Under the pieces are notes generated by a model. That model did no database searches. It saw only the letters and a list, made by a program, of their open reading frames with translations, and was not told the origin of the DNA. From the NCBI GenBank assembly GCA_049273855.1, contig JBASRN010000270.1, positions 8,320 to 72,319 on the forward strand: a stretch of DNA of 64,000 nt, in the 5' to 3' direction. Below, piece by piece: positions 29,542-37,975 of this stretch; positions within the stretch are counted from its first letter, which is position 1, and each line of letters begins with the position of its first letter. The stretch is from Blastocatellia bacterium (GTDB lineage: Bacteria; Acidobacteriota; Blastocatellia; UBA7656). A program made the position numbers and the translations under genes.

Positions 29542-29805
29542 ATGCCAAAGCGCCCAAGCAAGAGCGACCCGAGCCTTTTCGCAAAGAACGTTCTGGATCA
29601 CATCATCAGCAAGTACGATCCAGAGGCAGTTGAATCGGTCTTTGTAGCTGATAGTGCTAGCGAGAAGCCCGCCAAGAACCCCGCTGCCGTCGCCCTGGGC
29701 AAGCTCGGAGGCTCCAAGGGCGGTCGCGCTAGGGCCGCTAGTCTTTCACCTCGCAAGCGCAAGCAGATCGCCAAGAAAGCAGCTAAGGCGCGATGGAGCA
29801 AATGA
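29542..29805 (+). CDS. small lysine/arginine-rich protein (putative nucleic-acid binding), low-GC islet
   Basis: 87 aa; C-terminal NPAAVALGKLGGSKGGRARAASLSPRKRKQIAKKAAKARW. Overlaps the next ORF start by 13 bp (ATGGAGCAAATGATGA). Confidence 0.4.
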   Translation: MPKRPSKSDPSLFAKNVLDHIISKYDPEAVESVFVADSASEKPAKNPAAVALGKLGGSKGGRARAASLSPRKRKQIAKKAAKARWSK

Positions 29806-30152
29806 TGAATATAGAGAACCGAACCGTCATAACGGGCTTCGCTCAGCAGACCCATACAGTCGAATATAGCCCAGCGCAACTGATGTTAGGATTCAGTCAA
29901 CTCTCAGGACGCATTACAGGCACTGATCGCGAAGAAAGTGTGAGAAGTACCGTTATACTTCTTGCGAGCAGTATAACCGCTTGGAGCATTGATAATACAC
30001 CACTGCTAGTCACGGAAGCAGAAATAGGCAAATTACCGGACAACCTTATCGGCTTCATTTTTAGTGAGATCAGCCAAGATACGGCACGCTTCATGGAGCA
30101 GTTCGCTGCCAACTTTAACATACTCCTCAAAGGCGATCCCGACGGCGGCTGA
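29793..30152 (+). CDS. hypothetical protein (translationally coupled to upstream small basic protein)
   Basis: 119 aa with no recognisable domain; lower GC than the genome average. Confidence 0.3.
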   Translation: MEQMMNIENRTVITGFAQQTHTVEYSPAQLMLGFSQLSGRITGTDREESVRSTVILLASSITAWSIDNTPLLVTEAEIGKLPDNLIGFIFSEISQDTARFMEQFAANFNILLKGDPDGG

Positions 30153-30189
30153 TGGCCCTGGCCCCGGTTCTGACGATTGCTTAATCACT

Positions 30190-31305
30190 TGAAACCTCAT
30201 TCTTACCCCCTCCTTTTTTTCTTACGTAGCAACGCAATTTTGTTGACAATGCTTAGGCGTCTATGCTAATCTCGTGTTGCTCGGAAAGGGGCAACGAAAT
30301 GAACTGCCAAGATTGCAAAGCGCCGTCAAAGAAATTCGGGAAAGACCGCAAGGGAAATCAGCGTTTCCGCTGCCTGTCTTGCGGAAAGACGTTTAGCGAG
30401 CCGCGCCCGCGTCTCTTGGGGAACATGACGCTAGACGAAAACAAAGCGATTGATTGCCTCAGGCTCTTGGTCGAGGGCAATTCGATTCGGAGCATAGAGA
30501 GGTTTACCGGCGTTCATCGCAATACGATTATGAGCCTTCTTGAGCTAGCGGGCGAACGATGCGAAAAGCTGATGGAAGATCGCATCAAGCACCTATCTGT
30601 TAATGACGTTCAATGCGATGAAGTTTGGGGCTACGTTGGAATGAAAGAGCGAACCAAGGCTCGCAAGGGCGTTGATGACGATAACCTTGGCGATGCTTGG
30701 ACGTTCACCGCGATTGAACGCAATACCAAAATGATTCTTGCCTTTCACCTTGGCCGAAGAACGGAAGCCGATACGATTGCTTTCACTGAGAAGTTGGCCC
30801 ACGCAACTAAGGGCAGTTTTCAAATCACAACAGACGGATTCAGACCGTATCAACACGCAGTTGTTATGAGTCTCGGAGCGCAGCGCGTAGACTTCGCGCA
30901 ACTTGTTAAGCTCTACTCCAGCACACCGGAAGGGCCGCAGACTCGCTACTCCCCGGCTGAGTGTACTGGAGCCCGTAAGGTTCCGATCTACGGTAGTCCT
31001 GATATGGACAAGGTTTCCACTTCGCATATCGAACGCCACAATCTTTCGATCAGAATGAGTACTCGAAGAATGACAAGACTCACTAATGCGTTCTCAAAGT
31101 CTTGGAAGAATCATCAAGCGGCTCTTGCAGTTTATCTTGCCTACTACAATTTTTGTCGCGTACATCAAACGCTAAGAATCACTCCAGCAATGGAGGCAAA
31201 CATTACAGATCACGTCTGGACAATGCGCGAGCTACTAGGCTAAAGCGCGCTTGCCTTTGTTGCCAATATGATATAATAACAGAACCTCTCATTTAGGGGG
31301 TTTAG
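30190..31305 (+). mobile_element. IS1-family insertion sequence (boundaries approximate)
   Basis: Single-ORF IS1-type transposase within the low-GC islet. Flanking AACCTCATT / AACCTCTCATT and ACCCCCT / AGGGGGT motifs are noted, but terminal inverted repeats could not be resolved confidently. Confidence 0.4.
30299..31243 (+). CDS. IS1 family transposase (fused InsAB-like single ORF)
   Basis: N-terminal zinc finger CQDCKAPS...CLSCGK, then DEVWGYVG, TTDGFRPY and C-terminal YNFCRVHQTLRITPAME motifs typical of IS1 transposases. ATG 30299 with a GGAAAGGGG RBS. Confidence 0.8.
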   Translation: MNCQDCKAPSKKFGKDRKGNQRFRCLSCGKTFSEPRPRLLGNMTLDENKAIDCLRLLVEGNSIRSIERFTGVHRNTIMSLLELAGERCEKLMEDRIKHLSVNDVQCDEVWGYVGMKERTKARKGVDDDNLGDAWTFTAIERNTKMILAFHLGRRTEADTIAFTEKLAHATKGSFQITTDGFRPYQHAVVMSLGAQRVDFAQLVKLYSSTPEGPQTRYSPAECTGARKVPIYGSPDMDKVSTSHIERHNLSIRMSTRRMTRLTNAFSKSWKNHQAALAVYLAYYNFCRVHQTLRITPAMEANITDHVWTMRELLG

Positions 31306-31308
31306 GCC

Positions 31309-31545
31309 ATGTTTAAAGACGAACTAGAATACTTTGTTGCTCATCAAGAAGAACTAGTCGAAAAGTATCAAGGTAAAGTATTGGTTATAAAAGGAAACGA
31401 GCTATTAGGCGTCTATGATGACGCTCTCGAAGCGTATCTTGAAGCGCAAAAACGGTATGAGCTTGGGACGTTTATGATCCAAGCTTGTGAGCCAGGACCA
31501 CAAGCGTATAGCGTTACCATTGGTTCGATACAATCGTTTACCTAA
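31309..31545 (+). CDS. small protein, DUF5678-like (putative partner of downstream aspartic protease)
   Basis: 78 aa; ELVEKYQGKVLVIKGNELLGVYDDALEAYLEAQKRY pattern. Stop TAA is directly followed by the ATG of the next gene. Confidence 0.4.
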   Translation: MFKDELEYFVAHQEELVEKYQGKVLVIKGNELLGVYDDALEAYLEAQKRYELGTFMIQACEPGPQAYSVTIGSIQSFT

Positions 31546-32151
31546 ATGACTAATCCGCAGATTCGTCATATTCTTGCTTTCACTACCACGTTCCCCGGTC
31601 TTACAGATCGCATTATCACCGAAGTAAAGCTAACCCAAGCGTTTGATCCAAACACGCCACCAAATCCCATACCGGCGCTCATAGCAACAGCTGCATTATG
31701 GGATACAGGGGCAACTAGGAGCGTCATCACCCCGAGTATTGCGGCAGATCTGAAACTTGTTCCAACGGGAACCGTGATGATGAATTCTGCGCATGGTTCC
31801 AAACAATGCAACACGTATCTAGTTAACCTTTACTTGCCCAACGGCGCTGCGATTTATGGTGTTCCCGTTAGCGAATGCACGGACACTGCTCACTTTGGAG
31901 CGATCATCGGAATGGACATTATTGCGATGGGCGACTTCTCGATTACGAATGTAAATCGCAAGACGATAGTTTCCTTCCGCATCCCGTCTATTGCCACCGT
32001 GGACTACGTCGCCGACGTCAAGAAACTGAAGGCAGAACAAGAAAGGCTGGAGAACGCAAAGCCGATTCGCAATAAGGGTCCGCGTGTCGGGCGCAATGAC
32101 CCATGTCCCTGCGGATCGGGGAAGAAGTACAAGAAATGCTGCGGCGGCTAG
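31546..32151 (+). CDS. retropepsin-like (clan AA) aspartic protease with C-terminal SEC-C zinc-binding motif
   Basis: [10 protein letters not shown] catalytic D-T-G-A, downstream IIGMDII flap/dimer motif, and a C-terminal [18 protein letters not shown] that exactly fits the SEC-C motif. Confidence 0.65.
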   Translation: MTNPQIRHILAFTTTFPGLTDRIITEVKLTQAFDPNTPPNPIPALIATAALWDTGATRSVITPSIAADLKLVPTGTVMMNSAHGSKQCNTYLVNLYLPNGAAIYGVPVSECTDTAHFGAIIGMDIIAMGDFSITNVNRKTIVSFRIPSIATVDYVADVKKLKAEQERLENAKPIRNKGPRVGRNDPCPCGSGKKYKKCCGG

Positions 32152-32293
32152 CAACACAGAATTAGGACACTACCAAGCCGTTGGCAAACATCTCTGCGCT
32201 GCTGTATAAATGACTGGCTCTAGAACTTTCGTCATTCTCCAGCGTAGATTGGCTTGAGTTCCGACACTAACCCCGTTTACCAGGAGACAAAAA

Positions 32294-33049
32294 ATGCGCG
32301 CACGAATGATGATGACTCTGCTGTCAATTGCGCTGCTGGTGACCTTCTCTTCGGTCGCATCAGCGCGAGCGTTTAGTAATGAATCTAATCAAGCCTCGCC
32401 TACGGACAACCTTTCTGGCAAGTACGAGGGAGTAGCGAAGAGCGATCAGCTTGGAGACATCCCTCTTACGGTTGAGATCAAGAATGACAACGGCAAGTTG
32501 TCGGGCAAGATCGACACGCCGCAGGGTCCGGCGGCGATCACAAGCGGCACTTACGCGGACGGAAAGGTCACGATGAAGTTTGACGCCGGTGGAAACGAAG
32601 GCACCGTCACCGCAACAGTCGCCGGCGACAAGATCACCGGCAAGTGGGAGCTTGCTGGACAGGGCGGACCGCTCGAGCTGAAGCGAGCAAGTATGGTCGC
32701 AGCCTCGCCTTCGGCGAGCGCCGCGAGCGGAGGCTCAGCCGCGGTCCCAGCGGCAGGCGACGTGGTATCCGGAGACTGGGACGCGTCAGCCGACGCGCAA
32801 GGCACGGCCATACCGTTCACTCTGAAACTCAAGCTGGACGGCGACAAGGTGACCGGCACTTCCGACTCGGCCCAGGGTTCGGCGCCGCTAAGCAAGGGGA
32901 CTTATGCCGCTGGCAAACTGAGCTTCACGCTTGACACCCCGAACGGCGCTATCGGAATGACCGGGATGATCAAAGACGGCAAGATTGTCGGCGAGTTCGA
33001 CTTTGCCGGTCAGATGACTGGGAAGTGGGAAGCGACCAAGAAGAAGTAG
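32294..33049 (+). CDS. secreted protein with two internal ~100-aa repeats (lipocalin-like/DUF repeat)
   Basis: Signal peptide; repeated G-K-x-S/T-G-K-I-D-T-P-Q-G ... GTYADGK ... G-D-K-I/V-T-G-K/T-W/S modules. Confidence 0.5.
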   Translation: MRARMMMTLLSIALLVTFSSVASARAFSNESNQASPTDNLSGKYEGVAKSDQLGDIPLTVEIKNDNGKLSGKIDTPQGPAAITSGTYADGKVTMKFDAGGNEGTVTATVAGDKITGKWELAGQGGPLELKRASMVAASPSASAASGGSAAVPAAGDVVSGDWDASADAQGTAIPFTLKLKLDGDKVTGTSDSAQGSAPLSKGTYAAGKLSFTLDTPNGAIGMTGMIKDGKIVGEFDFAGQMTGKWEATKKK

Positions 33050-33095
33050 GCGAGGGGTTGATGTTTGAGTGATGCGTGAGCGCGGTTCTCACGCA

Positions 33096-34784
33096 TCACC
33101 CATCACCTCTGAAGACCACTTCGCCGCCGATCACTGTTATCACGCAGCGAGTCTTCAGTATCTCTTTTTCGGCAATTCTCATAATGTCCGCGGACAAGAT
33201 CGTCAGGTCGGCGAGCTTCCCCACCTCTATCGAGCCCTTCACGTTCTCTTCAAACGCAGCGTAAGCCGCCCAGATCGTAAACATTTTCAAAGCCTGTTCG
33301 CGTGAGGCCGCTTGCTCCGGGTGCCAGCCCTCACCGCTGAATCCGTCCAGACCTTTTCGCGCGACTGCGGCGTAGAACTCGATCATAGGCTCGCCTCGCT
33401 CCACCGGCGCGTCCGAGCCACCCGCGATGATCGACCCCGACTTGATGAAGCTCTGCCACGCATATGCTCCTTCCAGCCGCTTGATTCCAAGCCTGCTTGG
33501 AGCAAAGAACAAATCGCCGATCGCGTGGGAAGGCTGCATCGACGGAATCACGCCGAGCTTCGCGAAGCGCGGAATGTCGACCGGGTTGACGATCTGCGCG
33601 TGCTCGACCCGCCACCGAGGCTCGCGAATCTTTCGTTGATCCGGCGGCACTATGTTGAAAGCCTTCTCATACAAATCGAGAATCACTCTATTCGCGCGGT
33701 CCCCGATCGCGTGAGTCTCGAGTTGTATGCCACGTTTGAGAGCGTCGATAAACATCGGCAGCAGCTCTTCTTCTTTGCGCGTTAGAAAGCCGGCGGTATC
33801 GTAGTCGGAATACTTCTCGAGCAGCGCTGCTCCCTTTGAGCCAAGGGCGCCGTCAAACACCACTTTGATCGTGCGAAGCGTGAAACGGCCGTCAAACTCG
33901 CCCGAGCTCGCGCCGTCGGCCAACAACTTTGCCGAAGCCGGGCTCGGACCGTGCACCGCCTTGTAGATCCGGAGCTTGATCTTTCCTTCACCGTATAGCT
34001 TCCTTATAGACGTGACATCACCATAGCTTCCGCCGGCGTCTTGAATCTGGCACCAGCCAAGCTCGATGCTTCGCTTCACCCCAAGTAGTATCGCCTCCTC
34101 ATCGCTGCGATTGGCGTTGGGAACATATCTCTCAATCAGTCCCTGCGCGGCGTCCAGCAGCATTCCGTTAGGCTCGCCGGTCTGTTTGTCCTTCATTATC
34201 TCGCCGCCGAACGGGCTCGGAGTGCTCTTGTCCACGGATGCCACCTTGAGCGCCGCGCTGTTGACGACCAGGCCGTGGCCGTCCGCGCGACCAAGCGCGA
34301 CGGGGTTATTTGGCGAAATCTTGTCAAGATCCCAGCGCGTCGGGAAGAAAGGCGGCTTCCAGTGAGTCTCGATCCATCCACGCCCTGTTACCCACTCGCC
34401 AGGCTTCGCGCGATCGACTCGCTCTCTTACCTTTGCGAGAAACTCTTCGAGGCTCGCGATGCCTTCGAGGTTGAGCGTGATTTCCCGGGCGCCAACTCCG
34501 GACAAGTGATAATGCGAGTCAGTCAAGCCGGGCACCACCGTGCCGCCTTTAAGATCGACCACGCGAGTGTTCTTACCCTGGTAAGGCTTCGCCTGTTTGT
34601 TCGATCCCACGAAGATTATCTTGCGACCTTTAACAGCAATCGCTTCGGCGCGAGGCTGACGTTCGTTGACCGTATAGACGTTGCCGTTTATGAAGACCGT
34701 ATCGGCTTGCTCGGCAGGTCGCGGATTGGCTCCAAGACTGACGTTGATCAGCGAGAGAGCAACAAGCAGTGTGGCAATTCTCAT
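33096..34784 (-). CDS. amidohydrolase-family metal-dependent hydrolase, secreted
   Basis: Signal peptide; GLTDSHYHL metal-binding motif and ...HAIGD... / ...GSDAPV... of amidohydrolase 3 family. Confidence 0.85.
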   Translation of the reverse strand: MRIATLLVALSLINVSLGANPRPAEQADTVFINGNVYTVNERQPRAEAIAVKGRKIIFVGSNKQAKPYQGKNTRVVDLKGGTVVPGLTDSHYHLSGVGAREITLNLEGIASLEEFLAKVRERVDRAKPGEWVTGRGWIETHWKPPFFPTRWDLDKISPNNPVALGRADGHGLVVNSAALKVASVDKSTPSPFGGEIMKDKQTGEPNGMLLDAAQGLIERYVPNANRSDEEAILLGVKRSIELGWCQIQDAGGSYGDVTSIRKLYGEGKIKLRIYKAVHGPSPASAKLLADGASSGEFDGRFTLRTIKVVFDGALGSKGAALLEKYSDYDTAGFLTRKEEELLPMFIDALKRGIQLETHAIGDRANRVILDLYEKAFNIVPPDQRKIREPRWRVEHAQIVNPVDIPRFAKLGVIPSMQPSHAIGDLFFAPSRLGIKRLEGAYAWQSFIKSGSIIAGGSDAPVERGEPMIEFYAAVARKGLDGFSGEGWHPEQAASREQALKMFTIWAAYAAFEENVKGSIEVGKLADLTILSADIMRIAEKEILKTRCVITVIGGEVVFRGDG

Positions 34785-34856
34785 CGGTGTCCTCCGGACG
34801 AAGGGATTGAGGCCACGATACTAGCAGATCACGAGAGGGTTGGATCAAGCAGAAGC

Positions 34857-36860
34857 TTACGGTGCTGCTGTGATCTTCACGAGGTCAACGAAGTGTTTCC
34901 ACTTGCCGCTCGTCACTCTCGTGGTACGAATCCTCACTCGCACTTCACCTGAAGCTGACAAGTAACGCGCAGCATCTGCGACAACGCAAACGGTCGTAGT
35001 GTCATCTGTGCTTGTGACCCTTCGGTCGTCGATCAGATCCCATTCCGCGGTTGAGGGGTTGAACAGAAAGACCTGCTGACTCACAGGTGAGCCCGATGAA
35101 CGCGACTCAGAAGTCATGGTCAGGCTCGATAAGCTTGCAAGTCCGACCTCGAAGACATAGTTCAGCAAGCTGCTGAACTGGCCTTCCAGCTTGCGGGCTT
35201 TGATCTTCAGATACGAATTGTCGGAAGCCCGAACGCTTTGTTGATCGCCCTTCAGCCACTGGCCAATCTCAACGGTCGCCGAGTTGCAGAAGCGATCGGT
35301 GGCTTGCGCAGTAGTCACGGTAATATAGCCGCTTCTTGTTCGACTCGCCTGACCGTCAACATTCGTCGCTGTAAGCCTCACCACGAACGTGCCGACGCTG
35401 TTGTACGTGTGCAAAGGGTGGCGCAAGGTTGACGTCTCACCGTCCCCAAAGTCCCACAACCAAGAGGTGGGGCCGCCAGCAGACAGGTCCGCAAACTGGA
35501 CCACCAACGGAAGAGCCCCCGAGCGTGGGTTCGCGGCAAAATCGACAAGCGGAACAGCCGACGGAGCGGCGGCTTCGTAGCAGCCGATGTCGAAGCCATT
35601 GCGCTGCGGCCGCGTGAAACCGCTAATGTCGTCCGGCACATTGCTGCCTAGCGCCAGCCCAAAGTCGATCGCAGGCGAACCGGTCCTCAGTGAATAGTCG
35701 TTGCCCGCCGCGTTGGCGAACAATTGGCTCGGCGTCGCGATGATCGAATGCTGGTCGTAACCCAGCGCCTGCCACGAGGCAAGAGACATGTTCGAGTTTC
35801 CATCACTGATACTGAAGCGGTTCACCACAACGTTGTAGTTACACGAAAAACCCGCAACCGCGTTGCCATATGTGCTGACCGAGCCGCGGAACGTGTGAGG
35901 CGTGTAAAGAATGTTGTTCCTTACCTCGTTGCCTACCGGATCGGGCTGACCCTCGAAGGCAGCCGGGATGTTTATGCACCATCGCCCGTCGGCTGCCATC
36001 ACAATAGTGTTGTTGTAAACCTTGTTTCTGCTCGAGCCCTCAGCCCCGTCGATCGCGTAAAGCGAGATGCCGCTTGCGTGGTTGTTGTAGAGCAGATTGT
36101 TTCGAATGAGGCTGTCCGACACCCCGTCGCAGTTGATCCCGGAACCGCCGCCCGGAGGAGCGCCGTTCTCCCATACGATGTTCTTCTCGACTAAAGCGAA
36201 CGAGATAATGCCGTCGCCGGGTGTAAAGTTCCGGTCGCCGTTCATATGAACCCCAGCCGAAAAGTTGTGATGGAGCTTGTTTCCTCGGATCATCGGAAAG
36301 TCGCCGCTGTTGCTGTGATAGATACCGTGCTCGCCGTTCGAATACGCTTCGTTGTTCTGAATCAGCGGATGGTAGCAAAAGGCCAAGAAGATGCCGGTGA
36401 CAACGCTGTCGTGGACTGTGCAATTCTGCACAGTCACGAAGTCAGTGTCGCGTAGATCGATTCCGTAGCGTTGCGCCCCTGAAACCTCGAAGCCTTCAAT
36501 TATCCAGTACCGCACTGTGTCGTCGAAGTTCTCGACCTCAATCAGGCTCTGATGTCTATTCTCCGGGCTGAGCGTGTCAATAAGAACGGCTCCAGGGGAT
36601 GAAGCCTTGAGGGTGCAAGGCGCTCCGGCCATTCCCGAGTTCTCGATTCGACAGCCCGCGTAGCTGCCCGGTTGGACGATGATCGTGTCACCGGGCGCGA
36701 CCGTATCAACCGCGTGCTGAATGGTAAGCCAGGGCTGCGCCTGTGAACCGGGGTTCGAGTCAATGCCAGAAGTCGCAACATAGTAGGTGTTCGCCAAGTC
36801 GGTGCTCGAAAGAGGCAAACCCGCCACGAGCGATATCAGGATTAGCCTGAGAGCTTTCAT
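34857..36860 (-). CDS. right-handed parallel beta-helix repeat protein with PKD domain, secreted
   Basis: Signal peptide (MKALRLILISLVAG), multiple NNxxxxN/G beta-helix rungs, and a PKD domain (WLWDFGDGETSTLRHPLHTYNSVGTFVVRLTATN). Confidence 0.7.
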   Translation of the reverse strand: MKALRLILISLVAGLPLSSTDLANTYYVATSGIDSNPGSQAQPWLTIQHAVDTVAPGDTIIVQPGSYAGCRIENSGMAGAPCTLKASSPGAVLIDTLSPENRHQSLIEVENFDDTVRYWIIEGFEVSGAQRYGIDLRDTDFVTVQNCTVHDSVVTGIFLAFCYHPLIQNNEAYSNGEHGIYHSNSGDFPMIRGNKLHHNFSAGVHMNGDRNFTPGDGIISFALVEKNIVWENGAPPGGGSGINCDGVSDSLIRNNLLYNNHASGISLYAIDGAEGSSRNKVYNNTIVMAADGRWCINIPAAFEGQPDPVGNEVRNNILYTPHTFRGSVSTYGNAVAGFSCNYNVVVNRFSISDGNSNMSLASWQALGYDQHSIIATPSQLFANAAGNDYSLRTGSPAIDFGLALGSNVPDDISGFTRPQRNGFDIGCYEAAAPSAVPLVDFAANPRSGALPLVVQFADLSAGGPTSWLWDFGDGETSTLRHPLHTYNSVGTFVVRLTATNVDGQASRTRSGYITVTTAQATDRFCNSATVEIGQWLKGDQQSVRASDNSYLKIKARKLEGQFSSLLNYVFEVGLASLSSLTMTSESRSSGSPVSQQVFLFNPSTAEWDLIDDRRVTSTDDTTTVCVVADAARYLSASGEVRVRIRTTRVTSGKWKHFVDLVKITAAP

Positions 36861-37120
36861 TTTTTGCGCCGACCGGCCTTCCGCTGGAGGTTGTTGGGGG
36901 AGCAAGTGAAGTGTCGCCGCTCTCTCTTAGAGCCGTTTGTCTTTTTACGATGGTTGAGTAAATCAAACCAGAGGGGCGAATACAAAGCCTGATTCTAGCG
37001 CGGGCATTACCGGCTGCTCAATACAAAACATGGTTGCCCTGGAACGCTTTCAAGCGCCGGGCCCACGGCCCGATGCCGTCGACGAAGGTTGTGAACGATT
37101 GCCTTGAGTCGTCCTTGTCT

Positions 37121-37525
37121 CTAGCCGTCGGCTGCGCCGTCGATCAACTCACGCAGTATCGAGCGATGACACGCAGATTCGTTCTCGCAGTAACATCCTA
37201 TGCTGACCGGAGTCCGGCTGGCTAACTCTGCCAGAAGCTTGATCGCCTGGCGCGCGTCGGTTTTCTTCATCTCGGCTGTGTAGCGCTCTTTGAACTTCGA
37301 CCACCTGACTTGTTCGCTTGGCCAGTCGCGACCCTTGACCCACTTGAGCAACGCGGGGCTCGGAGCTAACAACGGAAACCAGACGTCGAAGTAGTCTAAC
37401 CGAGCGTAGTCTTCTTTCTTCACTCCGCGCGGCAGAAAGCGGACTGTGCCCACTCTCAAGCCCTCGCCTGATTTGCGTGGGGTACCGACTCGGAAGGTTC
37501 CCAGATTTGTTCTCGGGTTTGGCAT
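37121..37525 (-). CDS. DUF488 family protein
   Basis: FDVWFPLLAPSPALLKW...W..F.ERY..EM...CYC.E...CHRSIL pattern of DUF488 (PF04343). Confidence 0.55.
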   Translation of the reverse strand: MPNPRTNLGTFRVGTPRKSGEGLRVGTVRFLPRGVKKEDYARLDYFDVWFPLLAPSPALLKWVKGRDWPSEQVRWSKFKERYTAEMKKTDARQAIKLLAELASRTPVSIGCYCENESACHRSILRELIDGAADG

Positions 37526-37600
37526 TTCAGGAAGCGTCGCAACGGCGCGGCTCTCTCAGTTCGTGACACGGTGCTCATTCTAGGCGGTGCCTTGCAGTCA

Positions 37601-37920
37601 TCATATCTCACGGATGAGACGAATCCTGGCAAGTTTATCCTCACCCAGTCCGGCCAACTCGCTTTCGCTGAGCCAGCCTTCGTTAATCAGTCGCGCGAAG
37701 ACGAAGATCAAGACTGAATAGCGATAGTCATACTTCTCATCGACGGCTTTCGATTCTTTGTCAGAAAGTCGTGCAATGCCCACATGTCACTGGGCTCGGC
37801 AATACCCTTCGTGCGGCGGCGAACCTCGTCTACAAGGGCCGCGCACTCGCGATTATATGCCTCGTCGAACGCTCGTCGCGCGATTGCCTTTTCGCCCCTG
37901 GACCATTGCTCGTTGTGCAT
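37601..37920 (-). pseudogene. fluorescence-recovery-protein (FRP)-like gene, disrupted by a frameshift in an A-run
   Basis: Two overlapping ORFs in different frames together reproduce the FRP family pattern (W..E.A..AF.EAY.RE...L...V......I....DMWALHDFLTKNRK / AVDEKYDYRYSVLIFVFARLINEGWL..ELAGLGEDK). The frames join at cgaaagccg (around 37745-37755). Confidence 0.55.
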
Positions 37921-37975
37921 TTCAAACCTCGGGTTTCGCCAGGTACTTCACCGCAGAGCCGCTGAGGCGCAGAGA

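Noticed and set aside
30190-31305. Terminal inverted repeats of the IS1-family element
   Set aside because: Only weak 7-bp inverted matches (ACCCCCT / AGGGGGT) and a direct AACCTC(TC)ATT match were found. This is insufficient to assign exact IS ends or target-site duplication.
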